Source of the DNA: Gnetum montanum
Lineage: Eukaryota > Plantae > Gnetophyta
Assembly: GCA_015680685.1 (NCBI GenBank)
Contig: MNCI01000651.1
Coordinates: forward strand, 1,479,832 to 1,543,831
Direction: 5' to 3'
Length of the DNA stretch: 64,000 bases
Part shown: positions 13,700 to 26,887 of the stretch, one piece after another
Position numbering within the stretch: the stretch's first letter is position 1
Layout of the letters: the number at the start of each line of letters is the position of its first letter
The notes under the pieces: model-generated
What the model was told of the DNA's origin: nothing
The model's input: only the letters and a program-made list of their open reading frames with translations
The model's database searches: none
Position numbers and translations under genes: made by a program

Positions 13700-16600
13700 C
13701 CTGCCAATCTTGCCATGGTAGAACAGAGGCAATCCCTTAGGTTGCATGGTCAAGATCTTGAATATACGGTGCTCAATGATGAGTAGTATAATTTCATTTG
13801 TACAAAACTCCAAGCATGCTTATGCATAGACCATGTAGGTATGGAGGAGAAGTGAGCTTATGAGCTCATACACCAAAACAAACAGGAGTATGTCCCTTCC
13901 TACGTTGACCTCATTCTGCACACCAAGGCCTATCAATGGATGCTTGATCAACTCATTTGACTAAATGAGTGTGAGGTAGGGATAGACTATGAGGAACCTC
14001 TACAAGAGGACCAAGATGAGTTTGAAGCTTATTTCAAGCATGAGAACTCTTTCCACACCTCTTTCTAGTAGACAACCGTTGGTTTTGTCCTCCCACAATC
14101 CTGTCAACCTGTCTTTCCTAAGATAGTTATAATCTTGGTGTCACCTCCTAGGTTAACACCCATGATGAAAAACCACCAAACACACTACACATGCCAAGAT
14201 GTACAACATTTTGTCAGCTTGCCCTTTGTGGTGCTAGCACATCCTGCTCACTCTTCCCTATAGACAGTCATCATTCCCACACAACCCTATGTGCACATCA
14301 TGCACATTTCTCAGTTGTAGATGACTTAGGCATCTTAATTCATGGTTGTCTCATTGGCACCCTCCATGGTAGTCCAACCCACTCATACATGGATGGCCCT
14401 AATTACCATGCCCATAGCACAACTGACACAGCAGGCATCGCACATGATCTCACAACCTATAGCTAGGTCATGGACCATAAAATTGGCATTGTAGGGGTCA
14501 CAACTAGCGTAGCCTCCTGCTACATCCCAAAAATTGGATTAGGTAGTCCAACTAATCCAAACATTAATAGAAGACTTCAAGCAGCTTAAGATGACCTCCT
14601 CTGAAATGGTTCATGTGATGGACTTTTACTAGGATGATCCAATAAGTCTTGTTGTTCCACCACTGAATTTGCTTGCTAGGGCCCCACTACCCTAATTCAC
14701 CAAATATAATAGTGAAGGAGACCCCAATGCTCACCTAGTGACCTTCTAGTCTAAATGCCTAGTACTACAAGCTTGGTTGCATGGCATCATATGCATGTTT
14801 ATCATGTCATTGACTGGTAAGGCACTTGATTAGTACTGTGCACTACCTAGGGCCTCCATTTTCTCTTTAGAGGATTTGCTAAGTCAATTTGTCATGCATT
14901 TCAAGTATAACTTGAAACCATAAATGACCCTGGATCAACTTATGCAAATTAAGCAAGGCCATTTAGAGTTTGTGCAAAAGTGCATACAATGCTAGAGTGC
15001 ATCGCTTAATGAAATCCATGAGTCAATTGCTGAAACACACCTGCTAGCAATCTTTAAGGGTCCGATGAATGACTTTATTAAGTCAAAGCTATATTATCTA
15101 GCCTTACAATCCATGAGCCAAGAATTTTCTCAAACTAAGAGCATTCAGGATGCGGTGAAAGCCAGCAAGGACCCATCCTATGTGGCCTACAAGAACCTCC
15201 ATGCTAAGAAGGACAAGGACAAGGGAAAATAAGCTATAGGTATGGCAACTGTTGCCAACAAGGCCAAGCCAACCATCACACGGCCAATGACCAGACCATC
15301 CAAGGTTGTGGTCAACAACAAGATGATTGGCCCTAGCACTACAGCAAGCAACTAACCTACATCTCGATAGCCGTGTGGCAAGCTCCCCCAAGGTCCAACT
15401 TTGAGTGCAAGGACCGCTCAAATTATACACTATTACCACTCAAACTGTCAAAACTCCTGGACCAATTACTCAAGGCTAGACACATCTAGTACAAGTAGAT
15501 GTTTAAGGACACTTGCAGAAGACATGATAGATACTGTGAGCTCCTAAGAAATTCCTTGGTTGCTACCCCAAATGATCCCCCAATCCCTAATAACTTTAGG
15601 ATGGACCAATTTTTCCACTATCATTAGTTGCCTAGTCACAACACTAACTTTTGTATGGCTTTGTAGGATGACATTTAGCGAATGATAGATAGAGGCAAGT
15701 TGCTCCTTGATGCCACTAACCTTGTTTAGCCTTAGAACTAATCAATGAGGGTCTACAAGAATCCTCTCAACACAAATGATGTAGGGAACATCATCAATGC
15801 TATTAGCTTTGATGACAACCTAGAACCTATGCAGTGGCCATTCATGGTCCATGCATCCTTTGGCAATGTAGGGGTCCCTTGGTCTCCACTAGTTCAAGGT
15901 CCTCCTTTGTTATCAAAGTTTCACCTTGAGCACCTATAGCACCCTTTGTGGTTAGGGTCTTACAACATGTTGCAAAAACAATTTTCTAGTCACCCTTTAT
16001 CGTCAGGGTGCTGCAACATGTAGACTCCGCATCTACCTAAATTCTGGTGGTAGGCAATTTATTAGTCCTTACTCATTCGAGGTTCCATCCTATAGGCAAT
16101 GCTAATAGACCATCCAGGTGGCAACTCGGTAGGCCTAATGAGCACCTTGCTGACAAGATGCTTAGGCAACATCAAGAGCAAAAAGCACGAGGCCCACCCA
16201 AGCCAGTACCCTTGTCCACTATCCCAATGGCCAAATCAACCGAGGAGGCCACCACTAGCAACTAGCAACTTAGCACTGAGGCTCTTAAATAGCCCAAGCA
16301 AGCTAAGCCCAACTCCCCTTCATGAGATATTTGTCTCTTGGACTACATGGAGGAGATTAAGGCCAACAAAATAGTCAATGGTAAGGACTTCATTGATGAA
16401 TTAGCCCAAGTAAAACAAGCCTTAAAATAGAAAAACATAATGCTAAGCTTATATGACCTAATAATGACCTCATCTACCCACTGTGAAGTGCTAGTCCAAA
16501 TGTTGACCTTCATTCCTATTATGGAGGACATCCTAGCTAATGAGCAATCCATCCATGTTGTGATGTTGCCACTTGCCCCTCAGGAATTAAGTTCAACACC

Positions 16601-19600
16601 CCTAGCATTTTGTGATTAGGCAATCAAGGTTGACTCTGAGAAGGGTTAGGTCATCATAGCTCCCATGTTTATTACAATATGTGTTGGGTAGTGTAAGATT
16701 AAGAGAGTGCATGTTGACGATGGGGCAGCAATAAACGTCATCCCATACACTATTGTTGACAAGCCAGGTCTGATCGATTATATCAAATGCACAAAAACAA
16801 CATGTCTAAAGTCCTTCAATGGGTCATTTGTCATTGTTAGGGGAACCATAACAATAGCCTTTGTGGCAAGGGAGCAATTCCCCACCACCGCAGAATTCAT
16901 CATTATTGAGAAGATGCTAGGCTTCAACCTAATCGTAGATAGGCCTTGGCTAGCCTAACTATGGACCATCTCCTCTCCCATTCACCAAGAAATCCATATT
17001 CCATACGAAGGTGGTGAGATGATCATTTATGGTGACAATGCAACCCCTCTAATCATCAACAACATAGACATAGAACAAGGGTCAGAGGTGGAGTTCCCTA
17101 ATGACATGCCTCCTATAAAGGACAATGGCAAAGCATGTGAGGTAGACCTACCTGAGCAAACAAAGAAGGTCAATGACCTCCTAAAGGATGCTTTGTGGAC
17201 AAAATTTCCCTTCAACATAGCTAAAAAAGGTCAAGGCAAGTACCACATAGTACAGTCTAGGCCCTATGCACCTCCTAATCCACATCGAGTTAGGAAACAA
17301 TTGCGCTAAGTGCCTACTAGTCCTTCATCTCTGCATATCTTGCTTGCTTGTATTTTTTATTCATGCATTTATGTTTAGCTTGGTTTTCTAAATTATGTAT
17401 ATTTTTCTTTGTTTTCACATTTGTTTCTTTTGTTTATGCATTTTTTCTTACCTAGTTACACATTTTCTTGTTTATCTTACCCTTTAGCAGTCATTAGTTT
17501 ACACAACATCAAAATACACAAAAAATCATAAAACTAAAATAGCAACACTAGGACCTAAAATGGCTTAAAACTACTTCTACAGCCCACCATGGCCTTAATC
17601 TAGTGACTCATGGCCCAGAATGGCCTTAAACTATCATAATTAATCCCAATGTTACGGCCCACCATGGCCTTAAACTAGCAACTCATGGCCTAGAATGGCC
17701 ATAAACTATTATTCCGTAATCCCTTCATTGTGGCCTAAAATGAACTTAAACTAGCAATCATGTGGTTCAAAATGGCCCTAAACTAGCATCAACCCTCCTA
17801 CTATGGCCTTACACTGGCATGGGGCTCACAATGGCCTAGTTGCATTCATTCGTTGCACTATTATCATAGTAAATACATAGCAAAATAATCACAAATGCTT
17901 ACACATCATCCACCATATATAGCAAACATATCCATTACATTTCACATGAATAATAAGTACATAGTGTGAGCATCAGTAGCATGTAGCAAAAACTACAAAA
18001 AAATGTAAAAGTTCCCAACAATAGGGATACATCAGAACATGCTCAACCAATGGTACTAGGTGGAGGTGGAGGTATTTCTTCTTCCGCTGGACTTCCGGGG
18101 CCTATAGCATCACCTAGTGCCTACCACCACAGAATAATGAAAAAATGAACAATCAATGAGCACATGTACAATATACAAAATAACATGAAAAGGCATAAGA
18201 ACAAACAAAAAACCAACCTAAAAAGGTCCCACATCGATCATGTTTAGAGGTAACCTATCAAGGCCATCCTCCAAGTGTTGAAGGATCTTTGCCTTAGATA
18301 GCTGTGTCTAGTCCTCTTAGAAAAAGTAAATCCCCACAAGGGTCTTACCTTTGTCCATGGTGGTCCATGCAGGCAACTCCATGGAAAAAGGTAGTAGATG
18401 AAGTCTCTCTTGAGGGGGTGACAATCTTCCCCTTAGGAGAGCCACTCACCATGGTATGCTGAGCAAACAACTTGTAGGATTTTCTCCCACATATCACCTC
18501 AAGAAACATCTCAAGGCAGTGGTGCTCAACAGATTCCTCCTTGTACCACCTAAGGTACACATCACGCTTGCATTTTTACTGGTGCTTATGGTTCTTTTGG
18601 GTCTACCCCCACCTATACACCTTAGTGCTGTAGTTTTTCAAGTCCTAGTTCTTCTGGGTAAGCAGATCCATCTGTAGTTGCTGCTTGATAATTTCTTGAG
18701 TAGCCTTATTTTTGCGATTGATAGCTAACCAGTACCTGGCATAATCTATCTTGGATGTTCTCTAGGTGCTATCTCCTTGTGACCTAGCCACCAAAAAATC
18801 ATATCAGGACTAAAGATCTTCAATCTTCGTGTTCTGGTTAGTCACTCTTTCTTGAAGCCCATGCACGCATTTCCACAGGTGCTCATTCAAGCGCTTGTAG
18901 ACCCACAATGCTTTTGCACAGGAAAGTGCACATTTTCTTTTTTTCTTGTACATACAATGAGACACCTAATAAATCTTAGGAGGGAGTTTAGGAAGGGCAT
19001 CTACTTTGGCTTCCCTACTCTAAATGTTTATCTCCATTCCTACTGTAGAGGACATCCTTGTCAATGAGCAATCCATCCATGCTATGATGTTTCCTCCTAC
19101 CCCCTTAGGAATCAAGTTTAACACCCCTAGCATTTCATGATGAGGTAATCAAGGTTAACCCTAAAAAGGGTTAGGTCATCATAGCTCCCATGTTTATTAC
19201 AATACATGTTGGACAATGTAAGATTAAGAGAGTGCATGTCAACGATGAGGCGACAACAAATGTCATCCCATACATTGTCATTGACAAGCTAGGTCTCGTC
19301 AATCAAATCAAACCCACAAAAATGATGTGCCTAAAGTCCTTCAATGGGTCATGGATCATTGTTAGGGGAATCATGACAATAGCCTTCATGGTAGGGGAGC
19401 AATTCCCCATCACTATAAAATTCATTGTTATCAAGGAGAAGCCAAGCTTCAACCTAATACTAGGTAGGCATTGGCTAGCCCAACTATAGGCCATCTCCTC
19501 TTTTATTCATCAAGAAATTCACCTTCCATATGAAGGTCGTGAGGTGATCATTTATGGTGACAATGCAACCCCTTTGACAATCAACAACATAGACTCAGAA

Positions 19601-21976
19601 CAAGGGATAGAGGTGGAGTTCCTTGATGATGTGCCTCCTATAAAGGACAATGGTAAAGCATGTGAGGTAGACCTACCTGAGCAAACAAAGGAGGCTAATG
19701 ACCTCCTAGAGGAAGCTTTGTGGGTCAAATTTCCCTCCAACATAGCTAACAAAGGTCAAGGTGAGTATTGCATAGTACAATCCAAGCACTATGCACCTCC
19801 TAATCCACACAAGGTTAGGAAAGAATTGCACTAAGTGCCTGCCAATCCTTCATATCTACATATCCTGCTTGTCTACATTTTTTATTCATGCATTTTCATT
19901 TAGCTTGGTTGTCTACATTATGTATAGTTTGCTTTGTTTTTTGCATTTATTTCTTTTATTTATGCATTTTTTCTTGCCTGGTTTATGCATTTAATTGTTT
20001 CGCTTACCCTTTAGTAGTCATTAGCTTACCCATGAAAAACATCAAAATACACAAAAAATCATAAAACTATAATAGCAACACAAGGGCCTGAAATGGCCTA
20101 AAACTACTGATATGGCCCGCCATGGCCTTAAAATAGCAACTCATGGCCTGGAATGGCCTTAAACTATCATAGTTAATTCCAATGTTATGGCCCACCATGG
20201 CCTTAAATTAGGAACTCATGGCCTAGAATGGCCTTAAACTACCATTCCTTAAGCCCTTCATCATGGCTGAAAATGGTCTTAAAGTAGAAATCGCATGGCC
20301 CAAAATGATCCTAGACTAGCATCAACCCTCTTGCTATGGCCTTAAACTAGCATGGGGCTCGCAATGGCCTAGTTGCATTCAATCATCGCACTATTAGCAT
20401 AGTAAATACATAGCAAAATAATCACAAAAGTTTACACATCATCCACCATATATAGCAAACGCATCCATTACATTTCATAGGAATAATAAGTACATAGTGT
20501 GAGTATTAGTATCATGTAGCAAAAATTACATAAAAATGCAAAAATGCACAACAGCAGGGCTGCATTAGAACATGCTCAACTAGTGGTACTAAGTGAAGGT
20601 GGAGGTATTTCTTCTTCCACTACACTGTTGGGGCCTACAACATCGCTTGGTGCCTACCACCACAGAACAATGAAAAAATGAACAATCAGTGAGCACATGT
20701 ACAATATACAAAATAACATGAAATGGCATAATAATAAACAAAAAAAACTAACCTGAGAAGGTTCCACATCAACCATGTTTCGAGGTAACCTATCAAGGAC
20801 ATCCTCCAAGCATTGGTGGATCTCTGCCTTAGATAGTTGTGTCCAATCCTCTTGGCCAAAGTCAATCCTTGCAAGGGTCTTACCTTTGTCCATGGTGGTC
20901 CATGTAGGTAGCTCCATGGAAAAGATAGTAGATGAAATCTCTCCTAAGGGGGTGACAATCTCCCTCTCAAAAGAGCCACTCACCATAGTATGCCAAGCAA
21001 ACAACTTGTAGGACTATCTCCCACTTCTTGCCTCATTAAACATCTTAAGGCAGTGGCATTCAACAATTTCCTCCTTGTACCACCTAAGGTACATGTCATG
21101 CTTATGTTTGTACTGGTGCTTGTGGTTCTTTTGGATCTACCCCCACCTATAAACCTTAGTGTTGTAATTTTTCCTATCATAGTTCTTCTAGGTGAGCAAA
21201 TTCATTTGTAGCTGCTGCTCGATAATTTCTCAAGTAGCCTTGTTTTTGCCCCTAATAGCTCACTAGTACCTGACATAATCTATCTCAGACATTCACCAAG
21301 TGCTATCTCCCTATGACCTAGCCACTAGAAAATCATATTAGGATTGAAGATCTTCAATCTTCATGTCCTGGCTAGTCACTCTCTCCTGAAGCTCATAGAG
21401 GTGTTTCCATAGGTGCTCATTAGAGTGACTACAGACCTATAATGCTTTTGAATAGAATAGCATGCATTTTCTTGCTATCTCATACATATAATGAGACACC
21501 TGATCAATCTTAGGAGGGAGTTTAGGAAGGACATCTACTTTGGCTTTCTTGCTCTAAATGTTAACTTTCATTCTGGTTGCAGAGGACATCCTAGCTAATG
21601 AGAAATCCATCCATGTTGTGATGTTGCCTCTTGCCCCTCAGGAATCGAGTTCAACATCCTTGGCATTTTGTAATGAGGAAATCAAGGTTGACCCTAAGAA
21701 GGGTTAGGTCATCATAGCTCCCATGTTTATTACAATACATGTTGGATAGTGTAAGATTAAGAGGGTGCATGTCAACGATGGGATGACAACAAATGTCATC
21801 TCATACACTATCGTTGACAAGCTAGAACTCATTGATCAAATCAAACCCATAAAAATGATGTGCTTGAAGTCCTTTAATGGATCACACATCGTTGTTATGG
21901 GAACCATAACAATAGCCTTCATGGTAGAGGAGTAATTCCCCACCATCGTAGAATTCATCGTAGTAATTCCCCACCA
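13700..21976 (+). mobile_element. Degenerate Ty3/gypsy (Tat/Ogre-like) gag-protease derivative lacking RT/RH/INT, with tandemly repeated protease+3' region unit
   Basis: Gag remnant P*FTKYNSEGDPNAHLVTF (~14690), gag Zn-knuckle-like FFHYH*LPSHNTNFCMAL*DDI*RMIDRGK (~15610-15700), retropepsin KRVHVDDGAAINVIPY...FNLIVDRPWL (16660-16960); no RT motifs seen. Confidence 0.75.
16498..21976 (+). repeat. Tandem ~2.52-2.53 kb repeat, two full copies plus one truncated copy
   Basis: Anchor GAGGACATCCT..AATGAG.AATCCATCCATG at 16524, 19048 and 21582; each copy has the protease, an ATGGCCTTAAACTA repeat cluster and an antisense ORF remnant; third copy stops at ~21976. Confidence 0.9.
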
Positions 21977-22941
21977 AATTTGTAAATATGTACATAGTGT
22001 TTCATAACTAATTTTTTTAATACTATTTACAAAGTAGAAGGTTAGATATAAAATTCATATTTCTATTAGTACATCAACAATCATGGTTGGGAGATCTAGG
22101 CCAACTGTAAGAAGGAGATTATTCACAAATCTAAAGAAAGGCCAAATTAAAGCAAGGCCTTTTATTCCATACTTATCTAGATGTTGTCCTGAGCATGTAC
22201 AAAGGATATATTATAGGGCCATCACTTATGGAGCATCTTATAATTATCCATTTATGACTTGGCTCTCTGATGAATTTTTGATTCTTATGAATGGGAAATC
22301 CATCCATGTTACAGAATGGATTGAGATTCCAGAATGTTCAAACCTCTTGCTGAAGGAAAATTTTAATGATAAGAGTCTAGTTCAAAATTTTATTTATAAG
22401 GATGTTTTAGTGAGTCAGCACAAGAATGACATTGAAGGAAGGCTCGAAAACTTGGAAAAAAAACATGAAGAAGATGAAATTTCAAAGGATCCCAAGGAGA
22501 TGTAAGAGTATAGTAATGAACTTCAAACTGCTATCCCTACTCAAGTAATAAATGAACTTGAATATGATGGAGCTTCAAACTAAAAAGTTTTGAAGAAAAT
22601 CATAATCACCGTATAGTGTTGACCTATACCATTAGCTTAGCTTTAGATTAATTTATTCAAAGCATTGTAGGACCATGGTTTTGTCACACCTATCTAACCT
22701 TAAGCTACAAGGATTCTTCCCCAAAAACATATTTCAGTTTGTACTAAATTTATCTGTGTCTGTACATAAACTTTCCAAGAAGGAGGCTATTTTTATTTGG
22801 AAAAATTATTATTGCAACAATATGTCACTTTCATTGAAAAGTCATAAAATTAGAATATCAAACTCAATTCTTTGTGTGCTACCACTAAAAGATTATTGGA
22901 AAATTATAAGCATACTCAAGCACTGCATATGAGCTGATATT

Positions 22942-25900
22942 TGTTGCATCCTATTTGCATACCGAGAAAGCCCTAAATAGAAATTATTTCAAAGGAGTAT
23001 TCTGCAAAAACACTTAAATATTTAACACATTCCAATAAAATTTTATTCACAAAATAAAATATTTTAGGGCTTAGGAAGAACTAGTTTGTTGATTATTTAC
23101 ACTCATGAAGTTTTAGCTAGTTTGATGAGCTAGGGTATCAAGCTAAGTCTAACATTTGCAGAAAATCGAGTTAGCTACCAAGAACAAAACCTAAGCAAGT
23201 TTGGCTCTACCTAGGAAAATGACTGTTTTTATTATCTACATTTATGGAGCATAAAGATTGTTTTCATCTCAAGAAGGGGTTGACATTACAACCAATGATT
23301 GGGTGTAAAAGAAGCCTATTAATTTCAGAAAAAAAGTGCTTGATCCAAGGCTAAATTGATTTTTAAAAGTCATTTTAGATAAGTGAAGTAAAAAAATAGA
23401 ACCAAATTGAGCTTGTGCATATATACAAAACTCAGCTTCAAAAAATGTTTTGAAATTGGCTCTACTAGGTCAGCTTTTAAAAAGTCAATGAATCCGTAGA
23501 GCTAAGGTAATCGGTCTTGGAAAGAGACTTTAAAGAGACCTTGCAATGTCAACTTCTAAGAAGAGCAAGTTCTTAGAACCAAACATAGGTTCTATGAAAA
23601 GGATCTACAAGGAAGTTTAAAATTAGTTCTACCAAGTCAACTTCATTCAAAGGGGAATATTCATAGGATTCAAAATGGTTCTACTAAAAGTACACTTTTC
23701 AACTCTGCCACATAAGCAATTATCCCTAATTCATAAAGCCAAAAAGAGGCTCTACAAAATGGTTGTATGAGCCACATCATAATTAGACCACATCATCTTG
23801 TAGAGGAAGCTCATAGAACCAAAATTGGATCTATAAAATGGTTCCACCTAATTTAGCTTCACAAGATTAGAAATATCAAAACTAGCTTTGATGTAGATTC
23901 TATGTGGTACACAAGCTATTATTGGAGAGGGTTTTTAGAACCAAAAAAAGGTTCTACAATAAAAATAGAAATGGTTCTACATGTCATGTCATCACTCAAG
24001 GAGAAAGCTTAATGCTAAGCTCTTTGTAGAATCAAAATATGGATCTATGAATAAGCATGGAAAATGGTTCTATCACATCAACTCTCTTAAGAAGGAAAGA
24101 TTTGTAGAACTGAAAAATGGTTCTACAAGTAGCTTGCTTTTTGGTTTTGCTAGATTAGCATAAGTTCATAGGACCAAAATTAAGCTCTACAAAATGCTTC
24201 TACAAGCCACATCAATAAAGCATATTGAAATAAGCTCATCTAAAGGATCAAACTTTAGCTCTACATGAAACTCCACTTTTACCTCTATCAAGTTAGCATT
24301 CAAAGTGATGCCAAGATCAAAACTAAAGTACATGATTTTTAGGACTAAAAATAAGCTTCACAAATAGCTTCTATATTAGTTCTACCATGTTAGCTTATAC
24401 GTAGAGCCAATTTGTGAAGGAAAAATCTAGCTTTACAAAAGGTATTGGAATTGGCTCTACCACATCAACATTCATCATGTTAGCTTCTTAATAGAATGAA
24501 TTCATAGAGTTGAAATCTAGCTCTAAAACAAGTTCACATTTTAGTTTTACCATGTCAGCTTCTAAAACGAACATCACTCAAAGAGCTTAAATTTGGTGCC
24601 ACAAACAAATTCTGCCACATTAGTTGTAGAACAAGTTTGTAAAGCTAGAAGTTAGTCCTATAAAAAAAAAGCTTATAATAAGCTCTACCATGTCAACATT
24701 TACATAGAATGAGTTTGTAGAACCTAAAAGTAGCTCTACGAAATGGTTCTTTGAGCCACATCAGGTTAGCAAATTTGCCTCAGCATGTCAACTCTTCAAT
24801 TGAATGAATTCATAAAACCTATAGGTGATTCTAAAAAATGACTCTATAAAGAATGGCTAAGAGTTCCAATAAGTCATGTCGGATTAAATAGAGTTACATA
24901 AGGTCCACACAAAAAAAGTTATGAGCTCAAATTATGTACATGTGCATTATATTTTTTAGTCTAGCCTAGTAAGTACAACAAAGGAATATGATGTAGCACG
25001 TACAGATGAAACTTAGTTCTACAAAGAGGGGTAAAAATTATTCTACATTCCACGTCAAAATTTTCCATGTCAACTTCCTTCATAGAACAAGTTCATAAGC
25101 CAAAAAATGATTCTACCAATAAGCTCTGTAATAGTTCTACAAGCACAATTCAAAGACTAGCTATGGGAATATATTGCCATGTCAACATAGGCGAAATTAA
25201 AATGCTAAGAGAAGCTCATTTGTAAAACTAAAGAATAATTCAAAAATTTAGCCTCTTTTCACAAGCCACGTTAGCTTTGTATTTTTAACCAATAGCTTAA
25301 AGATAGATCCATGAATTGATGAAAATGACACTACAAAGTTAGCATCTAAACCCATAAGCTTCAAATAACACTAGTATAGTAGCTCAATATCATCAAATCT
25401 TGTAACACATGTCAAAGAGTAATTTAAATAACCTATCGTCAAGCAAGCAAATTCTACTACGAAACTCTAAGCATTAACAAACAAGTCTAGGACAAATTTC
25501 AAGTTATAGAGCCATGGACAAGTAGAGCTGAGAATTGAAATAGAGGTATCATTAAATGTAGAAAAGCATTGACCAAGTTCTCCCATGATTCATTAGAAAA
25601 TTAGCTAAAATGCTTCACAAAGAGAGAGAAGAGGCATATCAAAAATTACAAGAAGAGAAGAGCATGGAAATTATTTTATTTCATGAGAGCTAAAGGAGAA
25701 CTACCACCTCAATATAAACAACACTTAATTTTTTAGAATATGATGATAATGATGATTACCAAAATTATAAATGAAACTTCCAAAAAGTTTGAATTGAGAC
25801 AAGTTTGTTCTATTGCAGGAACTTCATTAACAGAAATAACTAATTCTAAAACTAAGTATGGATGAAATAAGAGCTGAAGAAGTTATTAAGAAGCCTAATA

Positions 25901-26887
25901 ATGTTGAACTAGATTTAATAAATCAAGCTATTTACTTCTCATCAGTCATAAGAAGTTAGCGTAGTAGTTATCAATGGAAGGGCTCCATGTTCAAAGAATG
26001 AAGAAAATTTCCCAAAAACCCCAACAGTTGTCTAATAGCCTGTAGTTATATGAAGAGAACGTGAGGCATATGGAGTCTTAAATTTTATAACTGATGTAAC
26101 TACTAGAGGCTACTATCTAAAGCCCAGAGTAGATTTGTTAAAGGTATTAGAAAGTGGAAGAAATTTCTAGAAGAATTAGAAGAAAGCTTGTAAAGGTTGT
26201 TTTATGTAATGGCATGATAAATAGGTTCTATTTATTTCTTATAGCTTTCATCTCTTAACTATTATTTCTAGTTGAATAATTTTTCCTATTTTTTCTAGTT
26301 TAAGTATTTCATAGTTACACATGAATGGATTGCTAGTTTTGGAATAGGTTATTTTCTCTATGAGTGAAGGTTTAGCTTAAGTCTGCTATTCTAGTTGGAT
26401 GGGATAGCTTTAATAAGTGTGAGTCTTTAATCATTTTAACATAAAAATATTGTCATATTTATATAATTCTAAGCTTTATGAATAATTTTTTTCCTTGGTT
26501 TCTTACTCTATTTAACAAAACTTTTGCGATCTAGCTTCCAGAAGTCAGCTAGTAGATAGCTTAGAATTTAAGATTAACATTTTCTATAAAAGTGCCCATT
26601 TGTTGTGTGTAAATTTTAAAGCTAGACTTATAGGAGATCTATTCATTTTCTTTATTTATGTTAAGAGATAGCTAGAAGGAATAGTCATTAACTACATATA
26701 AGACAATAATTCAATAGATAGATCTTTCCATTTTGTAGATAACCTTATATTATTATCCCCACTTAGTCATATTTAGCTCATTTATAGTAATAGAAGCTAT
26801 TTGGAGGCATCCATGATTTGGTGATACCAGAGACCAGCAACCATCTAAAATGAGTAAATACAATAGAAGTTTCCCTTTGTAGCAACA
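22942..26887 (+). mobile_element. Probable long (~3.9 kb) LTR with degenerate internal repeats, related to the nested solo LTR at 31003-34249
   Basis: Inverted termini TGTTGC...GCAACA; 23.1-25.3 kb is built of degenerate GCTCTAC/GGTTCTAC/GTAGAACC/CATGTCAAC units; near its end it shares a ~50-bp block (26798-26849) with 34148-34199. Flanks ATATT/AGAAC do not form a TSD. Confidence 0.5.
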
